Source of the DNA: an uncultured Bacilli bacterium
GTDB lineage: Bacteria > Bacillota_I > Bacilli_A > RF39 > UBA660
Assembly (NCBI GenBank): GCA_934148995.1
Contig: CAKPDM010000004.1
Location: forward strand, 17,814-81,813
Direction: 5' to 3'
DNA length: 64,000 bases
Shown: one piece after another, positions 17,576 to 26,883 of the stretch
How positions within the stretch are numbered: the stretch's first letter is position 1
Layout: each line of letters opens with the position of its first letter
Translations under genes and position numbers: made by a program
Notes under the pieces: generated by a model
Seen by the model: the letters and a program-made list of their open reading frames with translations, nothing else
Databases searched by the model: none
Told to the model about the DNA's origin: nothing

Positions 17576-17890
17576 TTGATGAATTATTTAATACCGGCTA
17601 ATACTAAAAAAGGAGAGTTAATCTTAGGAATATTTCGTTTTTATGACTTAGTATTATTTGGAATTGGAATACTATTGACATTGATTCTGTTGGTTACTAT
17701 GCCAATGAATGATACTATGCAGGTGGTTCTTGTTATGCTACCTGCTGGTATCTGCACATTCTTAATAATTCCAGTACCAAATTATCATAATATATTAACT
17801 ATAATTTTAGAGTGTTATGCCTTTATAACAAATAGACAAAGATATATATGGAAGGGTTGGTGTGTATCAGATGGCAAAGAAAATAGGTAG
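17576..17890 (+). CDS. PrgI/VirB3-like small two-TM protein
   Basis: 104 aa with two adjacent TM helices, immediately upstream of and overlapping the VirB4 N-terminal ORF. Confidence 0.5.
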   Translation: MMNYLIPANTKKGELILGIFRFYDLVLFGIGILLTLILLVTMPMNDTMQVVLVMLPAGICTFLIIPVPNYHNILTIILECYAFITNRQRYIWKGWCVSDGKENR

Positions 17891-18419
17891 TGCTTATACA
17901 GAGGATTGGTTACCAGTTGAATCTATTCAAAATGGTATGATTGTCTGTAGTGATAAAAATAAAGTAACAGGAGTTAAAATTGCTCCGAGAAATATCTTTA
18001 TCTTGGATGCGCAAGCACAAGATAATGTCTTAATCAGTTTGAAAAACTTTTATAATATGATTGATTTTGAATTTTGGTTGGTAGTAGCAGATCGCCCTGT
18101 TGATATATCTGTTTATATGTCACAGCTACAACTTTTATATAATGACACGCCATCTCCTGCTATTCGTAAGATAATAATGCAAGATATCGAAAAGGGTAAT
18201 ACCTTTATGAATAATAGTATTGTTGATACTGAGTATTATATTTTATTTAAAGATAAAAATCCTGATAATCTTCAAAAGAGAATTCGTCTTTTGATAAATG
18301 GTCTTGCTAGTTGTGGACTTAATGCTTCACAGGTTAGTAATGATGATTTAAGATTAATTCTTGATAATTTCTTGAATGGGGGAAATACTACTGAGTTTGG
18401 GACGGTGATGCCATTATGA
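17862..18419 (+). CDS. virB4: VirB4-family ATPase, N-terminal domain encoded as a separate 185-aa ORF
   Basis: EDWLPVESIQNGMIVCSDKNKVTGVKIAPRNIFILDAQAQDNVLISLKNFYNMIDFEFWLVV resembles the N-terminus of Gram-positive VirB4 proteins (Tn916 Orf16/TcpF type). The stop codon overlaps the next ATG (ATGA). Confidence 0.6.
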   Translation: MYQMAKKIGSAYTEDWLPVESIQNGMIVCSDKNKVTGVKIAPRNIFILDAQAQDNVLISLKNFYNMIDFEFWLVVADRPVDISVYMSQLQLLYNDTPSPAIRKIIMQDIEKGNTFMNNSIVDTEYYILFKDKNPDNLQKRIRLLINGLASCGLNASQVSNDDLRLILDNFLNGGNTTEFGTVMPL

Positions 18420-20206
18420 GTATAAGTTTAAAAAGTCAAATAGCACCTAAGGGATTACACTTCAATCCAAGTGATTTCTTTATAAGTGATAAGTATGCTA
18501 CTATTTTATCAGTTGTATCTTATCCTAAATATATAGCACCTGGTTATTTATCAACTTTGACATCTATGAGTGGAATTAAAATTGTTATTAAACATATTCC
18601 GGTTCCATTTAGTATGATGTCTAAGATGATTAATAGACAGATTGCGGATTTAAGAGAAAAGTATCGTCAAGAAAAAGATCAAACTGCTAAGGAAAAGATT
18701 AGACAAGATGCTGAGAGTTTAGAGTATTTCGTTTCCATGCTTGCTTCTAGTCAATCTAAGATTTTTGATTTCCAAATGCATATTATGATTACAGCTGATA
18801 CAAAAGAAGAACTAGAACTTAAGAAAGTTAATGTTAAGAACTATCTGGATGCGATGGAGTTACGTGCTGTTTCCCTTCGTTTTGAACAAGAAAAGGTTTT
18901 AAAAAGTATTTTACCGATCTTTCCGTCACAAGATATTGAACAAAGGATTGGTACACCAATTCCTTCTCCAACAATAGCTGCTATGTATCCATTTATCTTC
19001 GATAGTATTAAAGATCCAGGACTATCTGTTTTATTAGGAGTAGATTTCTCTGGTGGTGTAATTTTATTTAATCAATTCTTATATCAAATTAGAAAAGAAA
19101 ATAATAGAAATAATGCTAATATGATAATACTTGGTACTTCTGGAAGTGGTAAGAGTACTGCTGCTAAGTTAGTATTAAGAAGCCATATTAGAAATGGTTG
19201 TCAGATAGTAGCAATTGACCCTGAAAACGAACTTGAAGAAATTACAAGAACTTTCGGTGGAGATACAGTTGATATTGGTAAAGGTGGTCAGTTTGGATTA
19301 ATTAATCCCCTTGAAGTTATTATTGATGCTGATGAAGAGGAAATTAAACAAGGACTTGGTTATACTGTTTTGACAAGAACTTTACAGTCATTGAAAGCTT
19401 TTATGAGATATTATGATCCATCTATTACAGAAGATGTTTTAACAATGTTTAGTGAAGTAGTACAAGATACTTACAAACGATTTGGTATTGATTTTGATAC
19501 AGATTTTTCACACTTTACTAGTAATGATTATCCAACATTTACTGATGTTTATGCTACTATTAAAGGGCGTATTTTATCAATGCCTGAACAAACTCATGAA
19601 AAGGATATTTTACAAAGATTACAATTAAAAGTTAAGCCATTAGTTACAGAACTTAAATTCTACTTTGATGGAAAAACAACTATTCGTAAAGATAGTGACT
19701 TTATGGTATTTAATATTAAAGAGTTGATGAACTCAGAAGGAAATACTAAGAATGCGTTGTTCTTCAATATTTTACGTTTTGCTTGGGGATTGTGTCTTGA
19801 TACTAGTGTAAATACAATATTGATGGTTGATGAAGCTCACGTATTGTTAGGTGCTAATAACGAATTAGGAGCTGATTTTTTAGCACAAGTACAACGTCGT
19901 GCTAGAAAATATAACACTGGTACAATAATTATTACTCAACAACCAAGTGATTTCTCAGATCCTGCAGTTATTACGCAAGGTAAGGCAATCTTTGATAACT
20001 CATCATATTACCTTGTTATGGGATTAAAGAAACAAGCAGTTGATGATTTATCATTGTTAATTGATTTGAATGATAATGAACGAGATAGTATTAAAAGGTA
20101 CTCTCAAGGTGAAGCATTGTTTGTCTGTGGAAATAGACGTATGCGTATAAATGTTGTTGTTACTAAAGAAGAATTAGAATCATTTGGTGATGGCGGAGGA
20201 TTTTAG
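18416..20206 (+). CDS. virB4: VirB4-family ATPase, middle and C-terminal ATPase portion (596 aa)
   Basis: Walker A ILGTSGSGKST. Walker B ILMVDEAHVLL. IIITQQPSD motif. The size of the two ORFs combined (781 aa) matches full-length VirB4. Confidence 0.8.
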   Translation: MSISLKSQIAPKGLHFNPSDFFISDKYATILSVVSYPKYIAPGYLSTLTSMSGIKIVIKHIPVPFSMMSKMINRQIADLREKYRQEKDQTAKEKIRQDAESLEYFVSMLASSQSKIFDFQMHIMITADTKEELELKKVNVKNYLDAMELRAVSLRFEQEKVLKSILPIFPSQDIEQRIGTPIPSPTIAAMYPFIFDSIKDPGLSVLLGVDFSGGVILFNQFLYQIRKENNRNNANMIILGTSGSGKSTAAKLVLRSHIRNGCQIVAIDPENELEEITRTFGGDTVDIGKGGQFGLINPLEVIIDADEEEIKQGLGYTVLTRTLQSLKAFMRYYDPSITEDVLTMFSEVVQDTYKRFGIDFDTDFSHFTSNDYPTFTDVYATIKGRILSMPEQTHEKDILQRLQLKVKPLVTELKFYFDGKTTIRKDSDFMVFNIKELMNSEGNTKNALFFNILRFAWGLCLDTSVNTILMVDEAHVLLGANNELGADFLAQVQRRARKYNTGTIIITQQPSDFSDPAVITQGKAIFDNSSYYLVMGLKKQAVDDLSLLIDLNDNERDSIKRYSQGEALFVCGNRRMRINVVVTKEELESFGDGGGF

Positions 20207-20230
20207 AAGTAGTTAGGTGGTGAAGAAGAG

Positions 20231-22606
20231 ATGAACCAAAATAATAATGGACAAAGTAATTTAGGAAATAATAGAGCAGGTCAAAATCCTAATCAAGGTG
20301 TTCCAAATAATGGTCAAAATGGTTCATCTTTTATTAAACCGACTAGAGAAAATTATCGACCTGGTCATTCTTCATCATCATTCCAAGATAGTTTATCAAA
20401 AAGACCAACAAGAATGAGTGATGATAAACCATCTGCTAAGGAGATGGCCCGGGATAAGATACTTGACTTTATACCAGGTGGTAGAAAAGCTAAGAAGGCA
20501 ATGGATTGGTCGCGTAAGGTTGGTAATGGTTTAGATAATATTAGAGCTAAAAGGGGTCCACAGATTCCTATTATTCCTCCTAATGATAATAATACTAACA
20601 ATAATAATCAAGCTCAATCTGCTAATAATAGAAATAATTTTTCAAATAATCAGAATGGTTCTGATCGAGTTTTAGATAGGCCATCGTTCTTGCCCAAAAG
20701 GCCTAATTTGTTAGGGAGTAATAGTGATAATGATTATAATGATGAAGATGGTGATCAAGAAGAAAAAAGACCTCGTAGCTTTCTAGGAGGTAATAAACAG
20801 AAGAATAATTCTAAGGGAGGTTTTTCTTTCTTAGGAAAGGGCTTCTTACAAATGTCACCAATAGTAAAAATTGTTTTATTAGTGCTGGTAATAATGCTTC
20901 CTTTTCTTTTCATGTTTATGGCATTATCTCCTTTACTGGTTTTAAATAGTACTAGTGCTATTGGAATAGCTGATGGCAATAGTGATTATAAAGCTAATGA
21001 AGAAGAGGAGAAATTTCAAGAAAGAATAAATGAAGTAAAACAGTCATATAGTAATGATGGAAAGAATTTTGAAGCTAAATATATTGGAGCAGTTTATACT
21101 GTCCTTTCCACTTATGGTGAAGGTTATAGTTATAAAAAGATGACTAAATCAAAGATTGAAGAAATTGCTGATTTAATGTTTGATGATAATGGTTCTTTTA
21201 GTGAAGAAACTTTTAAAAATAATTTGATTAATAAGTATTTTCCAAGTAAAATACCAGGTAAAGATGAGAAGACATATAAAAGATATGTGTCAGATATGTT
21301 TGAAATTCTAAAGTATTATAATGATAATAAAAATGGTACGACTGCTTCCTCTGGTACTACTGGTGATGTTTGTACTTATAAGATAAATGATGTTAATGCA
21401 GAACTTTATGGAACTGGTATTAAATCTTTAAAAATAACTGCTAGTGATATAAAAGTAAGATTAATGTCAGCTGGAGATATGTGTGGTGGAACCTATGGGC
21501 AACCATTGGAAGGGGAAGAACTTGTTCCATTTGAAAAATATATTTTAGGTGTTGCTTATAATGAAATTAATACTAATTATAAAGAGGCTGCTTTTAAAAC
21601 ACAGTTAATTGTTGCTAGGAGTTATGCACTTTCGATTGCTTCTGCTACTGCTAGTACTAATGGACGAAAATTAGTTGAAGAGGATGGACAATGGATATTA
21701 CAGATTCCTAACTGTGTAGTTGATATGGGTTATTGTGATCCTGATAGAGGTTGTAGTACGTACGGAGCAGCAAATGATCAGAATCAATTATATTATAGTG
21801 GAGTAGATACTAAACCAGTTAAACGTTTTGGACCACTTGCGGCTGATGCTCCAGAAAGACAGTGGGCTAAAGAAGTAGCCGGAAAAGTCGCTCTTGATAG
21901 TTCCGGTCGTGTTTATTTGACAAACTTTGTAAATACCGATCAGGAAAGATGGGAGGAATTGGCCCAACAGGGACTTGATTATACGCAGATTATTATGAAA
22001 CATTATCCGAATGTCTCTTCTATCGGTGATAGTGATTGTGTTGATAATGGCTCTGAAGGTACTGGCGAGTATACTGCTTGGAAACAATACGATAGTAAAT
22101 GGAGTAGTGTAGTATTAGGCGGTGGTAGTGATAGTTCTAGATCAATTAATAGTATTGGATGTTTAGCTACTAGTATTTCTATGTTAATAGAGAAGAGTGG
22201 TGCTTTAAATAACTTATCAATGGATGCTAATTTAAGAGATAACTTTAATCCAGGTACTTTTGTTGAAGCAATGAATAAAGTTGGTGGCTTTGATTCTGGT
22301 GGTCGTTTATATTGGGCGAAGGTAGGAGAAGTTGTTCCAGGATTTAATTATGATGAGTCTGAGAAAAAGGATCTTTCAGGATTACCAAAAATTCGAAAAC
22401 TTTCAGAAATTAAAGAAAGAACATCTAAAGCTAATACTTACTGTGTAGTAGAAGTTAAAGGTAATGAAGGACAGCACTGGGTAGCAGTCGATACTGTTAA
22501 TGAAGGTACAATTAAGATATTTGACCCAGGAAGTAATGCCACTAGTATGTGGGATGAATATAAATGGGGTAATACTTCTACTATTCAATGTTTTAAAAAA
22601 GGTTAG
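20231..22606 (+). CDS. Membrane-anchored peptidoglycan hydrolase (SpoIID/LytB-like domain plus C-terminal C39-like/CHAP-like Cys peptidase); VirB1/TcpG/PrgK analogue
   Basis: ~200-aa N/Q/S-rich N-terminus, one TM helix (IVKIVLLVLVIMLPFLFMFMAL), SpoIID-like FEKYILGVAYNE...AAFKTQLIVARSYAL, then C-terminal SINSIGCLATSISML...GQHWVAVD (Cys/His pair). Confidence 0.6.
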   Translation: MNQNNNGQSNLGNNRAGQNPNQGVPNNGQNGSSFIKPTRENYRPGHSSSSFQDSLSKRPTRMSDDKPSAKEMARDKILDFIPGGRKAKKAMDWSRKVGNGLDNIRAKRGPQIPIIPPNDNNTNNNNQAQSANNRNNFSNNQNGSDRVLDRPSFLPKRPNLLGSNSDNDYNDEDGDQEEKRPRSFLGGNKQKNNSKGGFSFLGKGFLQMSPIVKIVLLVLVIMLPFLFMFMALSPLLVLNSTSAIGIADGNSDYKANEEEEKFQERINEVKQSYSNDGKNFEAKYIGAVYTVLSTYGEGYSYKKMTKSKIEEIADLMFDDNGSFSEETFKNNLINKYFPSKIPGKDEKTYKRYVSDMFEILKYYNDNKNGTTASSGTTGDVCTYKINDVNAELYGTGIKSLKITASDIKVRLMSAGDMCGGTYGQPLEGEELVPFEKYILGVAYNEINTNYKEAAFKTQLIVARSYALSIASATASTNGRKLVEEDGQWILQIPNCVVDMGYCDPDRGCSTYGAANDQNQLYYSGVDTKPVKRFGPLAADAPERQWAKEVAGKVALDSSGRVYLTNFVNTDQERWEELAQQGLDYTQIIMKHYPNVSSIGDSDCVDNGSEGTGEYTAWKQYDSKWSSVVLGGGSDSSRSINSIGCLATSISMLIEKSGALNNLSMDANLRDNFNPGTFVEAMNKVGGFDSGGRLYWAKVGEVVPGFNYDESEKKDLSGLPKIRKLSEIKERTSKANTYCVVEVKGNEGQHWVAVDTVNEGTIKIFDPGSNATSMWDEYKWGNTSTIQCFKKG

Positions 22607-22618
22607 GGGAGATAAAAC

Positions 22619-23404
22619 ATGGCTGAAAAAAAGCAAAGATATTATGTACTAATTTTTCTCTTATTTGTTTATTTAGTATTGATGTTTATTTTCTTCCTTT
22701 ATCCTAGCTATAAAGATAAACATAACAAGACTTCAATAATAGTTGATAAAGATGCAAAGTGGTATTATGAAGATAGTAAATGGAAAGATATGACTAGCAC
22801 TAACCAGTATAACTGGCAGAAGTTTGATATATATCAAGATGGAAGTTATTTTGGTAATTATTCACTTTTATATAATGATAAATGGTATGCTTTTGGTGAT
22901 AATAGAACACCAATTACAATGGATGGTACTGAAATATTTGCTATAAAAACTAATCAAAAATATAAATATGGTAGTTTTATCTTAGAAGATATTAGTGAAG
23001 CTGATGAAAAATATGTAAGAAAAGTCTTAGAAGATAATGATATTACTGCTTTTACTTTCACAACCTTAAAAGAAGTAAATTTTGATTTAGATAGTGATGG
23101 TGAGGATGAAAAACTTTTTGTAGTTTCTAATATTTTTACTGATGAAACTGTAAGAGATATTTTTAACTTCATATTTACCGTCAAGAATGGTAAGATAACC
23201 ATAATCAAAAAAGATATAAACACCTACGATAATATGTATAGAATGTGTAAGGCTTACCTTTCACATTTAGTTGATATAACCGGGGATGGTAATTATGAAA
23301 TAATTACTGGTTGCGGTTATTATAGTGATAAAAAGCAATGTATTGAAATGTATCAAAAGAAACGTAATAAATACGTTAAGGTTAAATCGTGTGAAGAAAA
23401 TTAG
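22619..23404 (+). CDS. N-terminally anchored extracytoplasmic protein; positional candidate for a VirB8/TcpC-like component
   Basis: Single N-terminal TM helix. DxDxDG-like segments (DLDSDGEDE, DITGDGNYE). No diagnostic motif, so the call rests on position only. Confidence 0.25.
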   Translation: MAEKKQRYYVLIFLLFVYLVLMFIFFLYPSYKDKHNKTSIIVDKDAKWYYEDSKWKDMTSTNQYNWQKFDIYQDGSYFGNYSLLYNDKWYAFGDNRTPITMDGTEIFAIKTNQKYKYGSFILEDISEADEKYVRKVLEDNDITAFTFTTLKEVNFDLDSDGEDEKLFVVSNIFTDETVRDIFNFIFTVKNGKITIIKKDINTYDNMYRMCKAYLSHLVDITGDGNYEIITGCGYYSDKKQCIEMYQKKRNKYVKVKSCEEN

Positions 23405-23432
23405 GTGATACTAATTTTCTTTCTTTAACTGA

Positions 23433-23461
23433 TTGTGAGACATTATTTTCTATGATATAAT
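23433..23461 (+). promoter_or_regulatory. Sigma-A-type promoter upstream of the coupling-protein gene
   Basis: TTGTGA (23433-23438), 17-nt spacer, extended -10 TGaTATAAT (23453-23461). Confidence 0.45.
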
Positions 23462-23531
23462 TTAAATAGTAATTGTGTATTTTGCTTTTTTGATGTATAA
23501 TATGTTTCAAAAAAAGAAAGAGGGTTCTTAG

Positions 23532-25670
23532 ATGAAATTAAAAATTCGTGCAGATAAAGATGATTTAATTATATTTTGTGTCTTTGCTGTTTTCTTATTA
23601 TATATAATAGCAATTGGAATTGTTAATCTTCACACTTTTGCGACAGAAGGTGTTTTTAGTGGGTTAAATCCATTACCAGCTTTTGCGCCAGAGTTTTTAT
23701 GGATGACACTTATAATTTATTTTGTAGCTTTAATTGGCATGCTTTTAAGTGTTAAGTCTTATTTTTTTGAAATGGAAAAAGGTTTTGGAATAACTACAGA
23801 AAAGAAAGACAAAGGTTATTCAAGATGGGCTAAAGATAAGGAACTTCAAGAAGAGTTAAAAGAAGTTTCCCTAAAAGCAGATACTGCTACTGCCGGCGGT
23901 GTTCCTCTTATTTTAAAAGATGATGTTGCTTGGGTAGATAATAGCGAATACCATACTTTAGTAATCGGTGCTACTGGATCTGGTAAAACACAAACAGTTA
24001 TAAAACCAACAGTTAAGTTACTTGCTAAGAATGGTGAATCAATGATTATCACTGACCCTAAAGGTGAGATTTATGAAGGTACTGCTTCTATGTTACGTGA
24101 GAAGGGCTATGATGTACAGGTTTTAAACTTTCGTAATCCCCAAGCAGGTAGTGGTTGGAATCCATTAACATTACCTTATCATATGTATAAATCAGGTAAT
24201 CAGGATAAAGCGATTGAGTTACTTGATGACTTGGCTTTGAATATTTTGTATGATTCATCTAATGCTAATGCCGACCCTTTCTGGGAGAAAACCAGTGCTG
24301 ATTATTTTTCAGGAGTAGTTTTAGGGTTATTTGAAGATGCTAAAGAAGAAGAAATTAACCTTAACAGTGTTAGTTTAATGACTACTGTAGGAGAAGAAAA
24401 GTTTGGTGCTAGTACTTATATTAAAGAATACTTTGATGCTAAAGATCCAGCTAGTGCAGCAGCAATTAATGCTTCTAGTACCATATCAGCTCCAACAGAA
24501 ACTAAGGGAAGTATTTTATCAGTATTTAGACAAAAGATTAAGCTATTTGCTTCTCGTGAAAACTTATCAGAGATGTTAAGTCATAGTGATATAGATTTAG
24601 CTGGTATTGGAAAGAGAAAGACTGCTTTATTTATCGTTATTCAAGATGAAAAAACAACTTATCACCCATTAGTTACTATTCTTTTGAAGCAATGTTATGA
24701 AACACTTATTGATGTTGCCCAAGCTAATGGTGGAGCTTTACCAGTTAGAACTAACTTCTTATTAGATGAATTTGCTAATATGCCAAAGTTAAAAGATATG
24801 ACAACTATGATTACAGCTGCTCGTTCAAGACATATGCGTTTTACGATGATTATTCAAAACTATGCACAGTTAAATCAAGTATATGGTAAAGAGGAAGCTG
24901 AAACAATTCGTGGTAACTGTGGTAACATTATTTACTTAATATCTGCAGAAATTGCTGCTCTTGAAGAAATCTCTAAGATGTGTGGTGAGGTTAAGAGTAA
25001 AAAAGACGATAAGACAGCATCAACTCCTCTTGTTACTGTGTCAGACTTACAAAGAATGAAACAATTTGAAACAATTATTCTTCGTATGCGTAAACAACCA
25101 TTTAAAACAAAAATGACTCCAGATTTTAAAATTGATTGGGGAAAAACTTATCCGAAAGCAGTCTTTACTGAGCGTGAGAAAGTTCCAGTTCAAACTTTTG
25201 ATATAAAAACTTTTGTTAAGGAACAGAAAAAGCAAAAACTGCTTGAAATGATGAATTCAACTGGTCTTGGTAATTCTAGTGATGATGGTGGTATACCATC
25301 GTTTGTACCACCAAACTTATTTGCTAATAATAAAAGACCAGAACCTAATCCATTTACTATGGATATGGAAGCACCAACAAAACTACCAATTAATAAAGCT
25401 TTGGAACCAACTAAAAAGGAACCACCTATGCCTAGTTTTGATGTAGATGAGTTGGTTAAAAAGATAGATGCCAAGATTGCTGAACTTGAAAAAGAAGAAG
25501 CTTTGGCTAAAGAAAAAGAAGAGAAGGAGAAGAAAGAAGAAGCAACAAGAAAAGAAACTTCTCCTATTGCCGAGATTGTTAATCCTAATCCAAGATCTGA
25601 TATCAATTTGAACTTAGATGATAGTGATAATGAAAATGAAGATGATTTCTTTGATGACTTTTTTGATTAG
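23532..25670 (+). CDS. virD4: VirD4/TraG-family type IV coupling protein with an acidic C-terminal tail
   Basis: Two N-terminal TM helices. Walker A VIGATGSGKTQT. ITDPKGE motif. Walker B FLLDEFANMP. RSRHMRFTMIIQNYAQL. The tail ends DDSDNENEDDFFDDFFD. Confidence 0.8.
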   Translation: MKLKIRADKDDLIIFCVFAVFLLYIIAIGIVNLHTFATEGVFSGLNPLPAFAPEFLWMTLIIYFVALIGMLLSVKSYFFEMEKGFGITTEKKDKGYSRWAKDKELQEELKEVSLKADTATAGGVPLILKDDVAWVDNSEYHTLVIGATGSGKTQTVIKPTVKLLAKNGESMIITDPKGEIYEGTASMLREKGYDVQVLNFRNPQAGSGWNPLTLPYHMYKSGNQDKAIELLDDLALNILYDSSNANADPFWEKTSADYFSGVVLGLFEDAKEEEINLNSVSLMTTVGEEKFGASTYIKEYFDAKDPASAAAINASSTISAPTETKGSILSVFRQKIKLFASRENLSEMLSHSDIDLAGIGKRKTALFIVIQDEKTTYHPLVTILLKQCYETLIDVAQANGGALPVRTNFLLDEFANMPKLKDMTTMITAARSRHMRFTMIIQNYAQLNQVYGKEEAETIRGNCGNIIYLISAEIAALEEISKMCGEVKSKKDDKTASTPLVTVSDLQRMKQFETIILRMRKQPFKTKMTPDFKIDWGKTYPKAVFTEREKVPVQTFDIKTFVKEQKKQKLLEMMNSTGLGNSSDDGGIPSFVPPNLFANNKRPEPNPFTMDMEAPTKLPINKALEPTKKEPPMPSFDVDELVKKIDAKIAELEKEEALAKEKEEKEKKEEATRKETSPIAEIVNPNPRSDINLNLDDSDNENEDDFFDDFFD

Positions 25671-25681
25671 TGGGTGAAAAT

Positions 25682-26875
25682 ATGTTTAATAAATTTAATG
25701 ATTCTTTAAAAAAATTAACCGAAAAAAAAGAAAAGAAAGTAAGTGCTACGCCTACTTCTGATAAAGAAAGAGCAAGAAAAAAATTATTAAAAATAGTAGG
25801 AATGATTTCTGCTTTACTAATAGTTATATTCTTAATAATATTATTAGGTACTGTTTTGATTGGTACTAATTACTCATTTGATCAAATGGAGTTAGAACTA
25901 AAAAAGGCTGCTATAAAATACTACCAAGTTCAAGATGTCTTACTTCCTGCTGATGAAGGAGTAACTACTGAAGTTGATGATAGTACTTTATCAAGTGAAA
26001 ATTACAAGTTGATGAAACCACTTAATAAAATGAGAAAAAATGTTCAATGTACTGGTAAAGTAGTTGTTCAAAAAATAAATAATGAATATATTTATACACC
26101 TTATCTTGATTGTGGAAATAAGTATAAAACTGAAGAGTTGTATCAAGCAGTAAAGTCAAATAATAAAGCTGTTACTAGTGGTAATGGACTATATGAAATG
26201 AACGGTGAATATGTCTTTAGAGGTGATAGCGTAGATAACTATGTTAAGCTTTCTAAGGGACTATTTAGAATAGTAAAGATAACTAGTGAAAATAAAATAC
26301 TATTAATTCCAGAATTTGATGAATATTATTATAGTGTTTGGGATGATAGATATAATTCTACTATTGGTTATAGTACCGGTATTAACAACTATCGCTTGAG
26401 TAGGTTAAAAGATGATCTTTTCAATATCTATAATGATAATATAGAAAAATTTATTCTGTTGTCTAATACCGATAAAGAAAAATTAACTACTTTTTCATTA
26501 TGCATAGGTAAAAGAAGTGATGCAGAAACTAATAATACTGGTGCTGTTGAATGTGCTGATACTCTTGATAATCAAATGATTGGTTTGTTAACTGCATCTG
26601 ATTATATCAATGCTTCTTTGGATCAAAACTGTGTTGCTACTAATTCAAAAGCCTGTCAAAATTATAACTATTTGAAGATTAAAGATACTTCATGGTGGTT
26701 AATAACTTCATCAACAAAAGATACAGCTTCTGTTTATCGTGTGAATAATTATGGTTATATTGTTTCTTCTAGTGCTTCAACGCTTAGTAGAATTAGACCT
26801 ACTGTTATGTTAAATAACAATGTAATGATAAAGAGTGGTAAAGGAACTAAGAGTGATCCATTTATTTTAAAATAA
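25682..26875 (+). CDS. N-terminally anchored surface protein paralogous to 2208-4004 but lacking the Ig-like insert
   Basis: TM helix, a conserved Cys pair (VQCTGKVVV...YLDCGNKY versus ICDIKNSNVKL...HLQCGNRH), DNYVKLSKGLFRIVKITSENK and C-terminal GKGTKSDPFILK. GTG 25670 is an alternative start. Confidence 0.55.
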   Translation: MFNKFNDSLKKLTEKKEKKVSATPTSDKERARKKLLKIVGMISALLIVIFLIILLGTVLIGTNYSFDQMELELKKAAIKYYQVQDVLLPADEGVTTEVDDSTLSSENYKLMKPLNKMRKNVQCTGKVVVQKINNEYIYTPYLDCGNKYKTEELYQAVKSNNKAVTSGNGLYEMNGEYVFRGDSVDNYVKLSKGLFRIVKITSENKILLIPEFDEYYYSVWDDRYNSTIGYSTGINNYRLSRLKDDLFNIYNDNIEKFILLSNTDKEKLTTFSLCIGKRSDAETNNTGAVECADTLDNQMIGLLTASDYINASLDQNCVATNSKACQNYNYLKIKDTSWWLITSSTKDTASVYRVNNYGYIVSSSASTLSRIRPTVMLNNNVMIKSGKGTKSDPFILK

Positions 26876-26883
26876 TATTTGTT

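Noticed and set aside
17274-17579. 101-aa plus-strand ORF in an alternative frame over the 3' end of the VirB6-like gene
   Set aside because: It is an overlapping out-of-frame ORF created by the GC-rich Gly/Pro-coding tail. It has no RBS and no independent evidence.
20231-20900. The N/Q-rich N-terminus of the hydrolase as a separate gene or a prion-like element
   Set aside because: It is continuous in frame with the TM helix and the catalytic domains. It is low-complexity sequence consistent with a cytoplasmic disordered tail.
657-26875. Calling the cluster an integrative conjugative element or plasmid-derived mobile element
   Set aside because: I could not see a relaxase, integrase, excisionase, replication gene, flanking tRNA or direct repeats, and there is no obvious compositional break. 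It is therefore reported as a secretion/pilus locus of unknown mobility, not as a mobile_element feature.
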